This document shows, piece by piece, positions 18,838 to 31,485 of a stretch of 64,000 nt of DNA. The notes below the pieces were generated by a model that saw only the letters and a program-made list of their open reading frames with translations, was not told where the DNA came from and made no database searches. The stretch is taken from assembly GCA_964618725.1 (NCBI GenBank), contig CAZUBK010000004.1, positions 15,485 to 79,484 of the forward strand, given 5' to 3'. Positions within the stretch are counted from its first letter, which is position 1, and each line of letters begins with the position of its first letter. The stretch comes from an uncultured Pseudomonadales bacterium (GTDB lineage: Bacteria > Patescibacteriota > Microgenomatia > UBA1400 > Chazhemtobacteraceae). Both the position numbers and the translations under genes were made by a program.

Positions 18838-19419
18838 ATGAAGATTCTCACCACTCCCCATCCCGCTCTCAGAAAAAAAGCCAAGAAGGTCATATCCCTG
18901 GATACCAAAACTCTCAAAGAGATTAATGTCATGATTACCCTCCTCAAAGCTGCTTCCGATCCTAAAGGCGTTGGACTTGCCGCCACTCAAATCGGCATCG
19001 ATAAACAGATCTTTATTCTAATTCGCAAAAGAAGCAAAGTCGAAGTCTTCATCAATCCCCTTATCACCCAAAAATCCACCAAGATGTTCTCCGATAAATA
19101 CAAAAAAAACAAAGACCGCTGGCTCGAAGGTTGCCTCTCTATTCCCAAACTTTGGGGCTTTGTCGATCGACCCTTTCAAGTCACCCTCGAGTATCAAACC
19201 TTCAACTACAGCCAAACTCTTTCTTCATCTACAGGGATCATCCCTGTAACACTCAAACTTGAATCTGTCATTAACGATTTTTCTGATATAGAATCGGCTT
19301 ACGTCCAACACGAAGTAGATCACCTAAACGGGATCCTATTTACCGATCACATTCTTAAACAAGGAGGTACGATCTTTAAAGAAGTCGCTGGAGATCTGGA
19401 ACCCATCTCCTTCTCCTAA
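18838..19419 (+). CDS. def: peptide deformylase
   Basis: GVGLAATQIG, EGCLSIP, QHEVDHLNG. Confidence 0.96.
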   Translation: MKILTTPHPALRKKAKKVISLDTKTLKEINVMITLLKAASDPKGVGLAATQIGIDKQIFILIRKRSKVEVFINPLITQKSTKMFSDKYKKNKDRWLEGCLSIPKLWGFVDRPFQVTLEYQTFNYSQTLSSSTGIIPVTLKLESVINDFSDIESAYVQHEVDHLNGILFTDHILKQGGTIFKEVAGDLEPISFS

Positions 19420-19440
19420 ACGCTTGAAACGGAGGTAGTA

Positions 19441-19785
19441 GTGGTAAGCCAAGTTAGTCTAAACAAAACGACCACACGCTCTTTTACTTTAGGCCGTTGT
19501 TATACATACACTGCCATTCAGCTTGCTCTTGAACTTCTTTTGCTCGACTACACCATTGCCTGGTCCGACGACACCCCTCCCAATGAAGAAACCTTAAATA
19601 TTGCCCTAATCAACTCCACTCGCTTTAATCCTCACGTAACTCTTCAACTCAATATCAAACTCCATCCAGTACCCAGGGGTAGCTACTACCTTCACCTCAC
19701 TATCACTGGCGCAGAAGGCGATCTCGAAAAAGTCCTCAAACAAGTGAAAAAGATTTACCGCCGTCTCGCTCCTCCCAACGCTTGA
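19441..19785 (+). CDS. hypothetical protein
   Basis: GGAGG SD before GTG; bidirectional hairpin ~19793-19818. Confidence 0.6.
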   Translation: MVSQVSLNKTTTRSFTLGRCYTYTAIQLALELLLLDYTIAWSDDTPPNEETLNIALINSTRFNPHVTLQLNIKLHPVPRGSYYLHLTITGAEGDLEKVLKQVKKIYRRLAPPNA

Positions 19786-19834
19786 ACGCAAAATACCACC
19801 GGCAACAGCCGGTGGTATAAAATCTTACTTCTCT

Positions 19835-20182
19835 TTATTTCTTCTTACCCGCCCACATCTCAATTATCAAACTTACCATAACATAAGCTCCAACAGCTGC
19901 ACCGGCAAGCGGAAATACTACCCAAAGTAAAGCTCCGACCACTCCACCTGAGCTAAGTGGCACCGGCAGTACAAAACCAAAGACAGGAGAAGAGACTGTC
20001 AAGATGAAGTTGCCTAAGGCTATCAGTACTACTTCCACCACTCCCATAAGGAATGAACCCAGAAATACACCCACCACTATACCCAAAACGATCAAAGCAA
20101 TCTGCCTGGTCACTTTTGAAACGACTAAACTCAGACCAAACATCACTACTGAAAATCCAACCAACAAATAGACTAGATCCAT
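19835..20182 (-). CDS. hydrophobic membrane protein
   Basis: AGGAG SD, 3-4 TM segments. Confidence 0.65.
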   Translation of the reverse strand: MDLVYLLVGFSVVMFGLSLVVSKVTRQIALIVLGIVVGVFLGSFLMGVVEVVLIALGNFILTVSSPVFGFVLPVPLSSGGVVGALLWVVFPLAGAAVGAYVMVSLIIEMWAGKKK

Positions 20183-20237
20183 TTTCCTTTTTCTCCTGAT
20201 TGAATGTGCTACTCAAAGCTCCTATAATTGTACCACC

Positions 20238-21149
20238 ATGACCACAAATGTCAAACCCGTTAATCTCGTCTACTTCGGTTCTCCCGATTTTTCTGGGGAG
20301 ATTCTTAAACAACTCCTCGACCACCCCCTATCCAATATCAAAGTCGTTGCTGTTGTCACCAACCCCGACAAAGAAACAGGTAGACTTAGGATCCTGACCT
20401 CCACTCCCGTTGCCCAAGTAGCTGACAGGTATCACCTCCCCATCTTCAAACCACTCAAGCTCGACGATAGCAATCTCACCCATCTCAAACTCCTAAATCC
20501 CGATATTTTCTTAGTTGTTGCCTACGGCAAGATTATTCCCCTCACTTGGCTCAAAACCCCTTCTCACTCCACCCTAAACGTCCACTTCTCTCTTCTCCCC
20601 AAATACCGCGGCGCCCTCTGTATCCAAGAAGCAATCAAGAATCAAGATTCGGTTACCGGCGTCACTCTGATGGAAATGGACGAGCAACTCGACCATGGGC
20701 CAATCATCTCCCAAGCTATTCAGGAGATATCCCAAAACGATGACGTGACCACCTTAACCCAAAAGCTCACCCAAAAAGCCATCACTCTTCTCTACAATGC
20801 TTTCCCTCAATATCTAACTAAACAAATCGCTCCTCAACCCCAAGACCACACTCAAGCCACTTTTACTCCCTCTTACAAGTCTCTCACTCACACATCTGCT
20901 TTTGTGCCTTGGTCACAGATCACAAATGATACACAATCGATCAAAACTCATGCGTTAATTTGTTCTCTCAACCCACAACCAGGCGCCTGGACCAAGATAC
21001 CGACTCTAAGCGGCGAGGTCGAAGCTAAGATCCTTCACACTCAAATCAACCCCAACACCAAGACTCTTGAAATCCTCACCATTCAACTCCCCGGACGTCC
21101 TCCCATCTCCTGGAAACAATTCCTTGCCGGCCACCCCCTCAAAACTTGA
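20238..21149 (+). CDS. fmt: methionyl-tRNA formyltransferase
   Basis: FGSPDF, VTNPD, VAYG, NVHFSLLPKYRGA, TGVTLM, LDHGPI. Confidence 0.95.
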   Translation: MTTNVKPVNLVYFGSPDFSGEILKQLLDHPLSNIKVVAVVTNPDKETGRLRILTSTPVAQVADRYHLPIFKPLKLDDSNLTHLKLLNPDIFLVVAYGKIIPLTWLKTPSHSTLNVHFSLLPKYRGALCIQEAIKNQDSVTGVTLMEMDEQLDHGPIISQAIQEISQNDDVTTLTQKLTQKAITLLYNAFPQYLTKQIAPQPQDHTQATFTPSYKSLTHTSAFVPWSQITNDTQSIKTHALICSLNPQPGAWTKIPTLSGEVEAKILHTQINPNTKTLEILTIQLPGRPPISWKQFLAGHPLKT

Positions 21150-21221
21150 CTCCCCAACCAAAACCCAGTAAAATATAGGCTACAAGAGCCCTTTAAATCC
21201 TAGTTTAGTTCCGGAGGGAAA

Positions 21222-21650
21222 ATGTTACCTCAACCGCCACCCAAACGTGAAGGCGAAGAAAGCAAAAGGCCTTTCGCCAGACGCATCCCGGAGCCTTCTC
21301 AACCCCTTTCAGGAGAGCATCGTGGAGGATATGGCAGTCGTGATATATATCCCCGCCATCCGGTCCCTCAATCTCCCCCTACGACCCAGGGGGAAGATCA
21401 CACTCCCCGCAACGTTCCGGGATCGGTCATGGACCACCTCCCCAATCATCTTCGCGATCTGGACAAGCAGGAGCCAGATCTGTCTGAGTATCCCGTCCAC
21501 CAGTCTCCTCGCTCTCGCCCCAGTAACTCTGTCACCTCTCATTCCGAAACACAGAACCTCGACAATTACATCAAGGGGGCCCTCATCACCGTTGGCTTTC
21601 TGCTTTTCCTCTTTTTACTTCTCGGATTGATTTACTTTCTCGCTAGGTAA
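21222..21650 (+). CDS. Pro-rich tail-anchored hypothetical protein
   Basis: GGAGG SD, C-terminal TM, terminator 21662-21690. Confidence 0.65.
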   Translation: MLPQPPPKREGEESKRPFARRIPEPSQPLSGEHRGGYGSRDIYPRHPVPQSPPTTQGEDHTPRNVPGSVMDHLPNHLRDLDKQEPDLSEYPVHQSPRSRPSNSVTSHSETQNLDNYIKGALITVGFLLFLFLLLGLIYFLAR

Positions 21651-21699
21651 TCCACGATATCGCTCTCCCCCAAAGGGAGAGCTTTTTTTTATCAAACTC

Positions 21700-21948
21700 T
21701 TATTTCTTTGAAGTCTCTGTCCCACTCTCCATCGCCACTTTATGTGGCCTGACTGCTTTTCTCAAACATTTTGTACAGAGTCTTTGTCTAACAATCTTTC
21801 CCGCCACTAGAACTCTAGTCCAATGCAAATTCGGTTTGCGTATAATGTGGGTGCGGTTCTTTGCGTGTGACACAACATTGGCATGGGCAACGCCTTTTCC
21901 ACAATTGACACAAACCACAGATAGTCTACTTACAACTTTACTCAACAT
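21700..21948 (-). CDS. rpmB: 50S ribosomal protein L28
   Basis: CVNCGKG...VSHAKNRT...KPNL...LCTKCLR. Confidence 0.92.
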   Translation of the reverse strand: MLSKVVSRLSVVCVNCGKGVAHANVVSHAKNRTHIIRKPNLHWTRVLVAGKIVRQRLCTKCLRKAVRPHKVAMESGTETSKK

Positions 21949-21994
21949 AAGAGCCGATTTTACCACAATCCCAGGCTGTTGTATACTTACTTAC

Positions 21995-22624
21995 ATGCTC
22001 GAAAGTATTTTTAGTGATCCAATTTTTTTTGTAGTTTGGATTCTTTCTCTTCTTCTTGCCATTTCTCTCCATGAGGCCGCCCACGCTTTCACTGCCGACC
22101 GTCTCGGCGATCCCACCCCACGTGTTCAGGGCCGCCTTACTCTTAACCCACTCTCCCACCTCGACCCCTTGGGTACCATTATGCTTCTTCTCTTTCGTTT
22201 TGGCTGGGGCCGCCCTGTCCAGTTCGACCCTTCCAACCTAAAAAATCCCCGTCAAGACGCCGCCATTATTTCCCTCGCTGGTCCTGTCAGTAATCTAACT
22301 CTCGCCCTCTCCTCCTCCCTCATCTCTCGTTTCCTCCTGCCCGAATATCTCTCTCCCCTTCTTTATCCCTTTGTCTTCCTCAATATCGGTTTAGCCATCT
22401 TCAATCTCGTCCCCATCCACCCCCTCGACGGCAGCAAAATAATTCTCGGCATCCTCCCCCTCGACCTCGCCCTCGAATGGCAATCTATTATGCAACGCTA
22501 CGGCACCATCATCCTTCTTCTTATGATTCTCCCTTTCTCTGGTACCTCCCCCATCATTACCCTCATTCTCCCCATCGTCCAATTTATCATCCGTCTTTTA
22601 TTGCCATCAGCCCAGTATGTTTAG
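21995..22624 (+). CDS. site-2 protease (M50)
   Basis: HEAAH, GDPT, GRLTLNP, AGP, NLVPIHPLDG. Confidence 0.93.
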   Translation: MLESIFSDPIFFVVWILSLLLAISLHEAAHAFTADRLGDPTPRVQGRLTLNPLSHLDPLGTIMLLLFRFGWGRPVQFDPSNLKNPRQDAAIISLAGPVSNLTLALSSSLISRFLLPEYLSPLLYPFVFLNIGLAIFNLVPIHPLDGSKIILGILPLDLALEWQSIMQRYGTIILLLMILPFSGTSPIITLILPIVQFIIRLLLPSAQYV

Positions 22625-22650
22625 CAGGTTCTTCTTCTCTTATTTGAGTT

Positions 22651-23268
22651 CTACTGTTCCTTTCTTCTTGTTACTATCGTCAATATCACTCCCGCTACGA
22701 TTACAACCAAGACGCCTAGTCCCACAATCCTCCCCACCAATCCCAGTGCCTTCCCAAAGGTAGATCCGTTATTCTTCACAACCCCTTTATCTTGAATTAG
22801 TGGCGCTGGCGTCGGCGTCACCGCCACTGTCGGCGTTACTTTGATTTCTACTTTTTCCGTTATCGGTCCGCCAAAGGGGATCGCTTCCAGTTTTCCCTCC
22901 ATCACCCTATCCTCCGATGCCTTTCTTGGGAAAGAGCTGCCCTCCAAAGTCACAAACATCTTACTAAATGCCTGGTCGATCGCTGTATCCAGTTTCCCCC
23001 TCACAATTTCTCCCAAACGAAATACCTTCCCTTCATCGTTTTCTGCCCACAAAATATAATAGTTATTCTCTGAACTAAAGGCCACCTTCAAATCTCGACA
23101 GGTAACCAAAAGCCGATACATCCTGTCTTCAAAAACACTCGCCGCGAAACACCTACCCGAAAACTCTCCCAAGGGAGCCAATTTAACAATCCCTTCATTA
23201 GCTAAAGTCTTCCCACTTCCCAGCCCCAATAACACCAACCCAAAAAATATTCCTAATAGTTTCCTCAT
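22651..23268 (-). CDS. secreted/membrane hypothetical protein
   Basis: Signal peptide, TP-rich linker, C-terminal TM. Confidence 0.7.
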   Translation of the reverse strand: MRKLLGIFFGLVLLGLGSGKTLANEGIVKLAPLGEFSGRCFAASVFEDRMYRLLVTCRDLKVAFSSENNYYILWAENDEGKVFRLGEIVRGKLDTAIDQAFSKMFVTLEGSSFPRKASEDRVMEGKLEAIPFGGPITEKVEIKVTPTVAVTPTPAPLIQDKGVVKNNGSTFGKALGLVGRIVGLGVLVVIVAGVILTIVTRRKEQ

Positions 23269-23324
23269 GCCCGCATTCTACATCAAGAATGTAATGCCAC
23301 GCAATTACAGGCGTAGATATTTTC

Positions 23325-25849
<2,525 letters not shown>

Positions 25850-25853
<4 letters not shown>

Positions 25854-27316
25854 TCCACTACCTCCCGACTAATAAGACTTGGATTATTTTTAATCGCCTC
25901 CACAAACACCGAAAAACCAGCTGCGTCAGCAATGACCTGGTCGATTTTCTTTTGGTACTCCTCCCTTGTTTGATAGGCCTCCATCACCTTTGCTATTTCC
26001 GCCTTCATTTCCTGAACTGTGATATCCCTCCACAAAGAAGCCCACAAACAACCTACTACCAGGACCGCCACTGACATCGGAATGATCGTGGTCGAAGATT
26101 GATCAAAAAAAGCCGTCAAGCGATCTCCTAAATCTAGATCCCGCTTAATTGCCTCTGATAACTCCGCACCAAAATGCATGAACTGCCTCAGTCTCTCTTG
26201 TTTAACCATAAAGCCGTTAAGTTGCCGACTTAAATCCCTTATCAACGGCGTCTGAGCCTGAAGACCGACTCTGGTTACCGACAAAAAGGGATTCAAAGCC
26301 GGTCGTCTCCCTTGGTTAAAGAAATCACTATCAAAAAATAGATGTCCATCCGTCATAGCCATTAAGTTGGTCTGTATGTAACCCGAAAGATCACTCAGCA
26401 CCGTCTCGGCTATCGGCAACGCTGTAATCGAACCTTTGGCAAATTTACCCGCCCTCTCCAAGAGCCTCGCATGAATGTAAAAAATATCACCCGGATACGA
26501 ACTCCTTCCCGGAAAACGCTGTGCCAACAAGGAGATCTCACGATAGAAACGAGCATGAGTTGTTAGATCGTCAAAGATAATCAACACGTCCTTACCTTGA
26601 TCGCGAAAAAACTCTGCCTGAGTCATTCCCGAATAAGGAGTCAGGTAGATCAGTCCGGCGGCATCATCCGACGTCGAGGTCACCAAAACCATGCTCTTCT
26701 CCAAACCATTGGTCTTAATGAACTCCTCAAACCGCTTAATATCTGACTTTCTCTTGCCTATCCCGACATACACGGAAACTACTCCCTTTTTGGCCTGTGA
26801 CAAAATGACCTGCATTAAGAACTGGGTCTTACCCGTCTTTCTGTCTCCCACCAGTAACTGACGTTGTCCCTTTCCTAGTGGCACCATCAGATCAACCACT
26901 GGTACCCCTACCTCAAAGGCCTCAGTAATCCCCTCTCTGTCTAGTATTCCGGCTGGCTCCTGATCAATCGGTCTCGTCTCTAAGCCTTCACTCCCAATGA
27001 CTCCATCCCCATCGATCACTCTCCCCAACGGATCTATCGTCTTACCGAGTAGCTTTTCACCTACTTTTGTCGAGAGTAGCAGTCCCGTTCTAGCCACCCT
27101 GTCCCCCACTCTAATCAGTCCCTTTGATAATGGTAAGATCTCTACCATCTCATCTGAAACCAAAGCTATTACCTGACCCAACTCACCGGTCTCAAACATG
27201 ACTACTTCCGATGCTCGCACTCCCGGCAATCCTTTTATCCTTATAATCGAATGGACTACCTGGTCCACATAACCCACCTCACCCATTTTTTCTAAACATT
27301 CATCAAACTTGTACAT
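25850..27316 (-). CDS. atpA: ATP synthase alpha
   Basis: GKGQRQL, GDRKTGKT, PGRSSYPGD, LLERAG, TDGH. Confidence 0.95.
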
Positions 27317-27743
27317 ACTTTTCTTCAAATATTTTCTTGAGCGATAAATCAATGAATTTACCGCCTACCTCTAACACTACCCCGCCCAAAATATTGTGAT
27401 CTACCTCCACTTCAACAACTCGTTTCTCTCCCAACTTCTCTCTAACCGTTTCCACAATCTCTTCCAAGAAAGCCTCACTCGGATCAAAAGATAGTTTAAT
27501 CTTCACCACCTCAAGCTCATCCAATTCCACAATCAACTCATTCAAGCTTTTACCTCTATCCACTAGGTCCTCGTACCACACCAAAAACCGCTCAAACATT
27601 CTTTCTGGTAATTCTTTTTTAATCGTCTCCCTGACTTCCTCCTGATTTTTTGCCTTATAAACCAACTCCAATAATCTCTGCGCCAGACCTCGCATCTGCC
27701 TCACATCATCACTGGTAAGAACTAGCTGTACTATGCTATTCAT
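27303..27743 (-). CDS. atpH: ATP synthase delta
   Basis: C-terminal VD..ILGGVVLEVGGKFID (OSCP/delta). Confidence 0.8.
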   Translation of the reverse strand: MNSIVQLVLTSDDVRQMRGLAQRLLELVYKAKNQEEVRETIKKELPERMFERFLVWYEDLVDRGKSLNELIVELDELEVVKIKLSFDPSEAFLEEIVETVREKLGEKRVVEVEVDHNILGGVVLEVGGKFIDLSLKKIFEEKYVQV

Positions 27744-28296
27744 GAGTTTCCGGCATCTTTTCTAGTGCTGCCCGTACCAAATCTTCCGCATCCGTTTTTG
27801 ACAATGTTCTCCCGAGTATTTCCCTCGCCACATCATCGATCACCGCCTTGACTCTCTTATCAATCCTATCCGTCTCCACCTTCTTGTATTCTTCAATCGA
27901 CTTCTTGGCACTCGCAAAATCCTCCTCTGCCTCACTTACTAAAGTTTTTGCTGCTTCTCTGACCCTACTCCCCACTTCCGAAGCTATCAAGGTGGCGATC
28001 TGATCCATCATTACCTCTACTTTCTTGGCCACCTTATCTTTCAGCCCCTCATCAAAAAGTATCGTCTCTTGTAAAATCTGCTCTGCCTTACCTTCTGCTT
28101 CCTCTACTATCGCTTCCGACTTCTTCCTCGCCTCCTCAAGCCACTGCCCCGCCACCTTTTGACTCCGATCCTTATACTCTCTCAACGAGTGATATGAATC
28201 CAAAAGCTCTTGATATCTCGTCACCAACCAAATCAACACCAATACCGCAAAGATGTTTATTAAAATCGAAACATACAAAAAAACAAGGGCAGTCAT
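27736..28296 (-). CDS. atpF: ATP synthase b-like subunit
   Basis: N-terminal TM plus long coiled coil, position before delta. Confidence 0.6.
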   Translation of the reverse strand: MTALVFLYVSILINIFAVLVLIWLVTRYQELLDSYHSLREYKDRSQKVAGQWLEEARKKSEAIVEEAEGKAEQILQETILFDEGLKDKVAKKVEVMMDQIATLIASEVGSRVREAAKTLVSEAEEDFASAKKSIEEYKKVETDRIDKRVKAVIDDVAREILGRTLSKTDAEDLVRAALEKMPETHE

Positions 28297-28300
28297 AAGA

Positions 28301-29992
28301 TCATTGTACCAAAATGTCAGTTCCTTTCATCGCTTCCGGAATCTTGAGATTAAGCAGTTTTAGTACCGTTGGTGCCACGTCAGCCAGGCTCATCTTAGGG
28401 ATAACTTTCTTTACTCCTTCAAATTGCTTACCGACAAAGATCACCGGAACTGGATTGTTGCTGTGATCCGTGTTCAGATCCCCCCTGGCCGTAGTGTAAA
28501 AAAACGTCCCGGTCGGAAAAGTTAACAGATCCTCAGCATTTCCGTGATCTGCCGTCACTATCAGTGCACCCTGATAGGCTAACACCATCTCAACTATCTG
28601 CCCCAACGCCTTGTCAGTTGCTTCACACGCCTTGATTGTCGCCGGCAAATTCCCTGTATGCGCCACCATATCCGGATTGGCAAAGTTCATCACCACAAAG
28701 CCGTATTCCTGCTTAAGGACAGCCTTCTCAAATTCCCCCACTATCTTAAACACCGACATCTCCGGTCGCTTATCATATGAAGCCACCTTAGGAGACGGCA
28801 CAATCCGATAATCTTCTCCGGAAAACTTTTCTTCCCGCAAACCATTGAAATAAAAAGTCACCATTCTTTCTTTCTCACTCTCCGCTATATGAAGTTGCCT
28901 CATGCCTGCCTTAGCAATTACTTCCGACAAAGAAAAGGGTATCTTTGGCAGTGGAAACGCCACACCACTGACCGGTAGCTTCTGTTGATATTCCGTCATC
29001 GTCACAAAGCACAGATTTTTCAAGATTTTTTCTCTTACAAACGTCGGCCCCTTAACCTTCTCTTGTTTCACTTTTCCTTGATCTGGCTCGTAACCAAACT
29101 CAAAATCTCTTAGATTTTCAAAATCTGGCAAAACAAAAGCCATAGTTAGTTGCTTCGGCCGATCGATCCGAAAGTTAAAAAACACCACCGCATCCCCGTC
29201 AGCGACGCTTCCCACCGGCGACCCGTTCTCCGTAATTACTGTTGGTTCAATAAACTCATCCGTTACCCCCGCTTGATATGACTGTTCAATCGCTTCAACC
29301 GCTGAACTGGCTGGTCGACCCTTTCCTTGCACAATTGCCTCATAGGCCTTTTGTGTCCTCTCCCACCGCCTGTCTCGATCCATGCCAAAGTACCTTCCTC
29401 CAATCGTCGCTATCTTCCCCATCTTAATCGACTTTAAGTATTCTTCTAACTTGCTCACCACATCCACTGCCTCTTTTGGTGGTGAATCTCTTCCATCGGT
29501 GAATAAATGTAGACAAACCTTCTCTACCCGCAACTGCTTGTAGTACTCAAGCAGTTTATACAAATGCGCTACCGAGGAATGGACATTCCCCGTCCCCACC
29601 AAACCCATCAAATGAAGTGTCGAGCCATTTTTCACCACATGTTCATAAGCCAATTTAAACCCCTTATTCTCAAAAAAACTTCCATCCTCAATCGACTGAG
29701 TAATCCGCTTCAGACTCTGCAGTATCACTCTTCCCGAACCAATAGTGAGGTGTCCCACCTCGGTGTTACCCACCTCATTGGCCGGCAACCCCACCGACTC
29801 CCCTGAGGCCAACAACTCCCCATGAGGGTACAAAGACAGTAATTTGTTCATATTCGGCGTCTTCGCCTGCGAGATCGCATTCCCATACGATGCCGGTGCC
29901 ACCCCCCAACCATCCAAGATCAAAAGTACCACCGGGTGGATCTTGATCTCCGAGGCAGTCGGTTTCCTTTTGGACCACAAAAACTCAAACAT
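28301..29992 (-). CDS. gpmI: 2,3-BPG-independent phosphoglycerate mutase
   Basis: LILDGWG, GNTEVGH, DGRD, GRYFGMDRD, NPDMVAHTG, ADHGNAE. Confidence 0.95.
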   Translation of the reverse strand: MFEFLWSKRKPTASEIKIHPVVLLILDGWGVAPASYGNAISQAKTPNMNKLLSLYPHGELLASGESVGLPANEVGNTEVGHLTIGSGRVILQSLKRITQSIEDGSFFENKGFKLAYEHVVKNGSTLHLMGLVGTGNVHSSVAHLYKLLEYYKQLRVEKVCLHLFTDGRDSPPKEAVDVVSKLEEYLKSIKMGKIATIGGRYFGMDRDRRWERTQKAYEAIVQGKGRPASSAVEAIEQSYQAGVTDEFIEPTVITENGSPVGSVADGDAVVFFNFRIDRPKQLTMAFVLPDFENLRDFEFGYEPDQGKVKQEKVKGPTFVREKILKNLCFVTMTEYQQKLPVSGVAFPLPKIPFSLSEVIAKAGMRQLHIAESEKERMVTFYFNGLREEKFSGEDYRIVPSPKVASYDKRPEMSVFKIVGEFEKAVLKQEYGFVVMNFANPDMVAHTGNLPATIKACEATDKALGQIVEMVLAYQGALIVTADHGNAEDLLTFPTGTFFYTTARGDLNTDHSNNPVPVIFVGKQFEGVKKVIPKMSLADVAPTVLKLLNLKIPEAMKGTDILVQ

Positions 29993-30066
29993 AGTCTAAA
30001 TCTATCACACTTCCCCACAGCTCGTGGTATAATATGGGCTACACTGAACTTTGAAAGGATATTTAG

Positions 30067-30330
30067 ATGAAAAAAGACAGGATCCTAAATGTCATCCTCA
30101 GCTTTCTTTTCCTGACTCTTTTTTACGGTCTCCCTTTTCTCTTCGCAACCACTTTTTTCTGGTGGGTAATTGGCATCACCGGCACAGCTCTTTTAGTCAT
30201 AAGTGGCATCATTCTTTTCTTCATTTTACTTGATGGTTCATCACCTCGTCCCTTCTGGAACTATCCCCTTTTGGGAATCCTCATTATCTTAGGCATAATT
30301 CTACTCGTCATCTCACTGCCTCATGTTTAA
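30067..30330 (+). CDS. small membrane protein
   Basis: TATAAT -10, AAGGA SD, three TM, hairpin ~30339-30358. Confidence 0.65.
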   Translation: MKKDRILNVILSFLFLTLFYGLPFLFATTFFWWVIGITGTALLVISGIILFFILLDGSSPRPFWNYPLLGILIILGIILLVISLPHV

Positions 30331-30357
30331 CTCCTCTCAACCCCGCACTCGCGGGGT

Positions 30358-30645
30358 TTATTTTGTTATCTCCACACTATCTACATACAATGTCGTCCCC
30401 GAATACTGCCCCACTACTTTCACCTTCTTTCCCACAAACCCACCAAGCGACGCATTTCCGTCATGCAAAAGCACTATACCTCCCACATCTTTCTTCAAAC
30501 TATAGTTACTTTCTCCCCCTCCCAGGCTCACCACCCCCACCAAAGTCTCCGTCACATCAGCCGGATTATATTTCGCCTTCTGCGGCACCAAAATACATGC
30601 AGAAAGTAACACCGAGCTGACTAACAAAACAGCGATTCTTTTCAT
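30358..30645 (-). CDS. small lipoprotein (OB-fold-like)
   Basis: Lipobox LSAC; GKKVKVVG...TLYV. Confidence 0.7.
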   Translation of the reverse strand: MKRIAVLLVSSVLLSACILVPQKAKYNPADVTETLVGVVSLGGGESNYSLKKDVGGIVLLHDGNASLGGFVGKKVKVVGQYSGTTLYVDSVEITK

Positions 30646-30676
30646 GAATCTACTTTATCAAATTTGCTGGAACGTG

Positions 30677-30749
30677 AGCCGACAGAGGGAATCGAACCCC
30701 CGACCTTCATTTTACAAAAATGCTGCTCTACCTACTGAGCTATGTCGGC
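30677..30749 (-). tRNA. tRNA-Thr(UGU)
   Basis: Cloverleaf GCCGACA/TGTCGGC, anticodon loop TTTGTAA, TTCGA. Confidence 0.93.
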
Positions 30750-30799
30750 AATCTGGTTCATTTTATCACCCAGCCTCCTACATGGTAAAATACATCAAC

Positions 30800-30882
30800 G
30801 CCGGAGTCGTATAGCAGCAATTACACGGGACTGTAAATCCCGCGGCCATAGGCCTTCACAGGTGCGAGTCCTGTCTCCGGCA
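30800..30882 (+). tRNA. tRNA-Tyr(GUA)
   Basis: GCCGGAG/CTCCGGC, loop CTGTAAA, long variable arm; atypical D and T loops. Confidence 0.9.
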
Positions 30883-30921
30883 CAGAAAATGCCCCAGGCA
30901 ATAGCCCGGGGCATTAACTTT

Positions 30922-31140
30922 TCAGGAGATGATTGAGATCCCCTTTTCCACCTGAACCCGATTGGGCCGCTGCGACGCTAAACCCTGGAATTCAAGATGA
31001 CCTGGCGGCAGCCTGTGCCAAGAGCCATCGGGGAAAAGAACCTCAGCGTCCCCACGTTGACCAACAGTCTTCCAGGCAGCGATCGGATAAATCGTGCCTG
31101 TGACCAGCATCTCAGGCTGCGATACGCTTTTTTTAGCCAT
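30922..31140 (-). CDS. small hypothetical protein between tRNAs
   Basis: TATAAT -10, GGAGG SD before ATG 31140; hairpin 30888-30915. Confidence 0.6.
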   Translation of the reverse strand: MAKKSVSQPEMLVTGTIYPIAAWKTVGQRGDAEVLFPDGSWHRLPPGHLEFQGLASQRPNRVQVEKGISIIS

Positions 31141-31227
31141 GAAACCCTCCTGGTTGAGATATCTCATATTATACCACACCCCTGCAACACCTTAAGCTCA
31201 AACATGGTAAAATAGCCAAGCCATTTA

Positions 31228-31300
31228 GCCGAGATAGCTCAGTTGGCAGAGCACAATATTGGTAATATTGAGGTCCTGGGTTCGATTCCCAGTCTCGGCT
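31228..31300 (+). tRNA. tRNA-Thr(GGU)
   Basis: GCCGAGA/TCTCGGC, CAATA-TTGGTAA-TATTG, TTCGA. Confidence 0.95.
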
Positions 31301-31312
31301 CCGACAGACTAG

Positions 31313-31437
31313 GGAAGCAAACCCTCGGGTTCAATATCCAGACCATAATGTGATTATGGGCGCAGATATAAGAGGAAGCACAGGACAACATCACAATATG
31401 CATTAGTATATTGTGAGTAAGGACGAGCAAGCTCTTA
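31313..31437 (+). other. structured motif copy A (RNA or ssDNA)
   Basis: Shares conserved blocks and covarying stems with 62976-63098. Confidence 0.75.
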
Positions 31438-31454
31438 TTCCCAGTCTCGGCTCC
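31437..31454 (+). repeat. 18-bp duplicate of tRNA-Thr 3' end (att-like)
   Basis: ATTCCCAGTCTCGGCTCC identical to 31285-31302. Confidence 0.9.
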
Positions 31455-31485
31455 CTTTCCTTGTCATACGTAGTATTATCTATCT

